Source: Alphaproteobacteria bacterium (GTDB lineage: Bacteria; Pseudomonadota; Alphaproteobacteria; UBA828). Taken from it: a stretch of 64,000 nt of DNA. The DNA is taken from NCBI GenBank assembly GCA_965220745.1, contig CBDCQT010000011.1, positions 334,985 to 398,984 on the forward strand, in the 5' to 3' direction. Below are positions 63,328 to 64,000 of the stretch, piece after piece. The position numbers and the translations under genes were made by a program. The notes under the pieces are model-generated. The model was not told where the DNA came from, ran no database searches, and saw only the letters and a list, made by a program, of their open reading frames with translations. The number at the start of each line of letters is the position of its first letter. Positions within the stretch are counted from its first letter, which is position 1.

Positions 63328-64000
63328 ATGCTGACCAGGAAACAAAAGGAACTCCTGCTTTTCATCGATTCCTATCTTGATCAACGCGGCATCGCTCCTT
63401 CGTTCGAGGAAATGAAGGAAGCGGTCAATCTCAAGTCCAAGTCCGGTATCCACAGGCTCGTCAAGGCGCTTGAGGAGCGCGGATTCCTGCGACGATTGCC
63501 GCATCGGGCGCGGGCGCTGGAAGTATTGAGGCCGCCACCCTCCCGCGTTGCCGAGGTGCCGGAGCGGCAACCGAGCCGGCGCTTCCGGCCGAGCGTCATC
63601 AAGGGCGATTTCCGTTCCGGACGGGGCACCGAGCGGCCATCAGACGATCGGGCGATCGTTGCGCTGCCGCTCTATGGCCGCATTGCCGCCGGCACGCCGA
63701 TCGAGGCATTGCGCGACGAGACCAACCAGATCGATGTTCCGGGCGGAATGCTGGGGGCAGGCGAGCATTACGCCCTCGAAGTCGACGGCGATTCGATGAT
63801 CGACATCGGAATTCTGGACGGCGACACCGCCGTGATCGAACGCTGCGAGACCGCCGAGAGCGGCGACATTGTCGTGGCTTTGGTGGATGATAGCGAAGTC
63901 ACGCTCAAGCGGCTGCGGCAGAAGGGCGAGTCGGTTGCGCTGGAGCCCGCGAACACGCGCTACGAGACGCGGATTTTCGGCCCCGGCCGGGTCAAGGTGC
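63328..64000 (+). CDS. lexA: LexA repressor (3-prime end runs off window)
   Basis: Hand translation: [56 protein letters not shown]...[15 protein letters not shown]...[15 protein letters not shown]...VTLKRL. Contains the AG cleavage site and the Ser/Lys dyad context. Confidence 0.9.
   Translation, partial: MLTRKQKELLLFIDSYLDQRGIAPSFEEMKEAVNLKSKSGIHRLVKALEERGFLRRLPHRARALEVLRPPPSRVAEVPERQPSRRFRPSVIKGDFRSGRGTERPSDDRAIVALPLYGRIAAGTPIEALRDETNQIDVPGGMLGAGEHYALEVDGDSMIDIGILDGDTAVIERCETAESGDIVVALVDDSEVTLKRLRQKGESVALEPANTRYETRIFGPGRVKV

Noticed and set aside
1-64000. CRISPR arrays, rRNA/tRNA genes, IS elements, integrases, prophage modules
   Set aside because: No regularly spaced direct repeats with unique spacers, no rRNA- or tRNA-like conserved strings, and no transposase, integrase or phage structural motifs were seen in any frame. 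Manual reading limits the sensitivity of this check.

Overview
High-GC (about 70% by hand count of sample lines) alphaproteobacterial-type chromosomal segment, densely coding on both strands. The left edge looks like the chromosomal origin neighbourhood. It has hemE (partial), then a 413-bp AT-richer gap with DnaA-box-like 9-mers, then the conserved block PPDK-regulatory protein, maf, aroE, coaE, dnaQ. The right edge is a nth / lexA divergent pair with a GAAC-N7-GAAC SOS box. In between are mostly metabolic and transport genes: two LLM oxidoreductases, a P450, tandem betaine-homocysteine methyltransferase paralogs, tupBCA-like tungstate transport, and two further ABC importers. There is also a Rieske oxygenase / Lrp / glutamine-synthetase-like / MetX-like hydrolase / hydantoinase A+B cluster, plus housekeeping genes (msrB, gloA, uvrD, hldE, prpE, rsmD, nth). 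The items I consider most worth follow-up are listed here. (1) An uncharacterised six-gene membrane redox operon (11280-15492) with two different Rieske fusions. (2) A low-GC three-gene island (about 6600-8065) with toxin-antitoxin-like architecture. (3) A winged-helix Fic protein whose active-site motif is degenerate and Doc-like (QPFEDVNKRVSR), preceded by a phased TGCGCRTA motif array. (4) A roughly 150-nt stacked-hairpin repeat that exactly fills three convergent intergenic gaps. (5) A 10-bp-phased tandem repeat at 50408-50487. (6) A second low-GC patch (29340-31020) that appears to have truncated a quinone oxidoreductase gene. I found no rRNA, tRNA, CRISPR array, transposase or integrase. 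All product calls rest on motif recognition in the supplied translations or my own hand translation. No database search was run.
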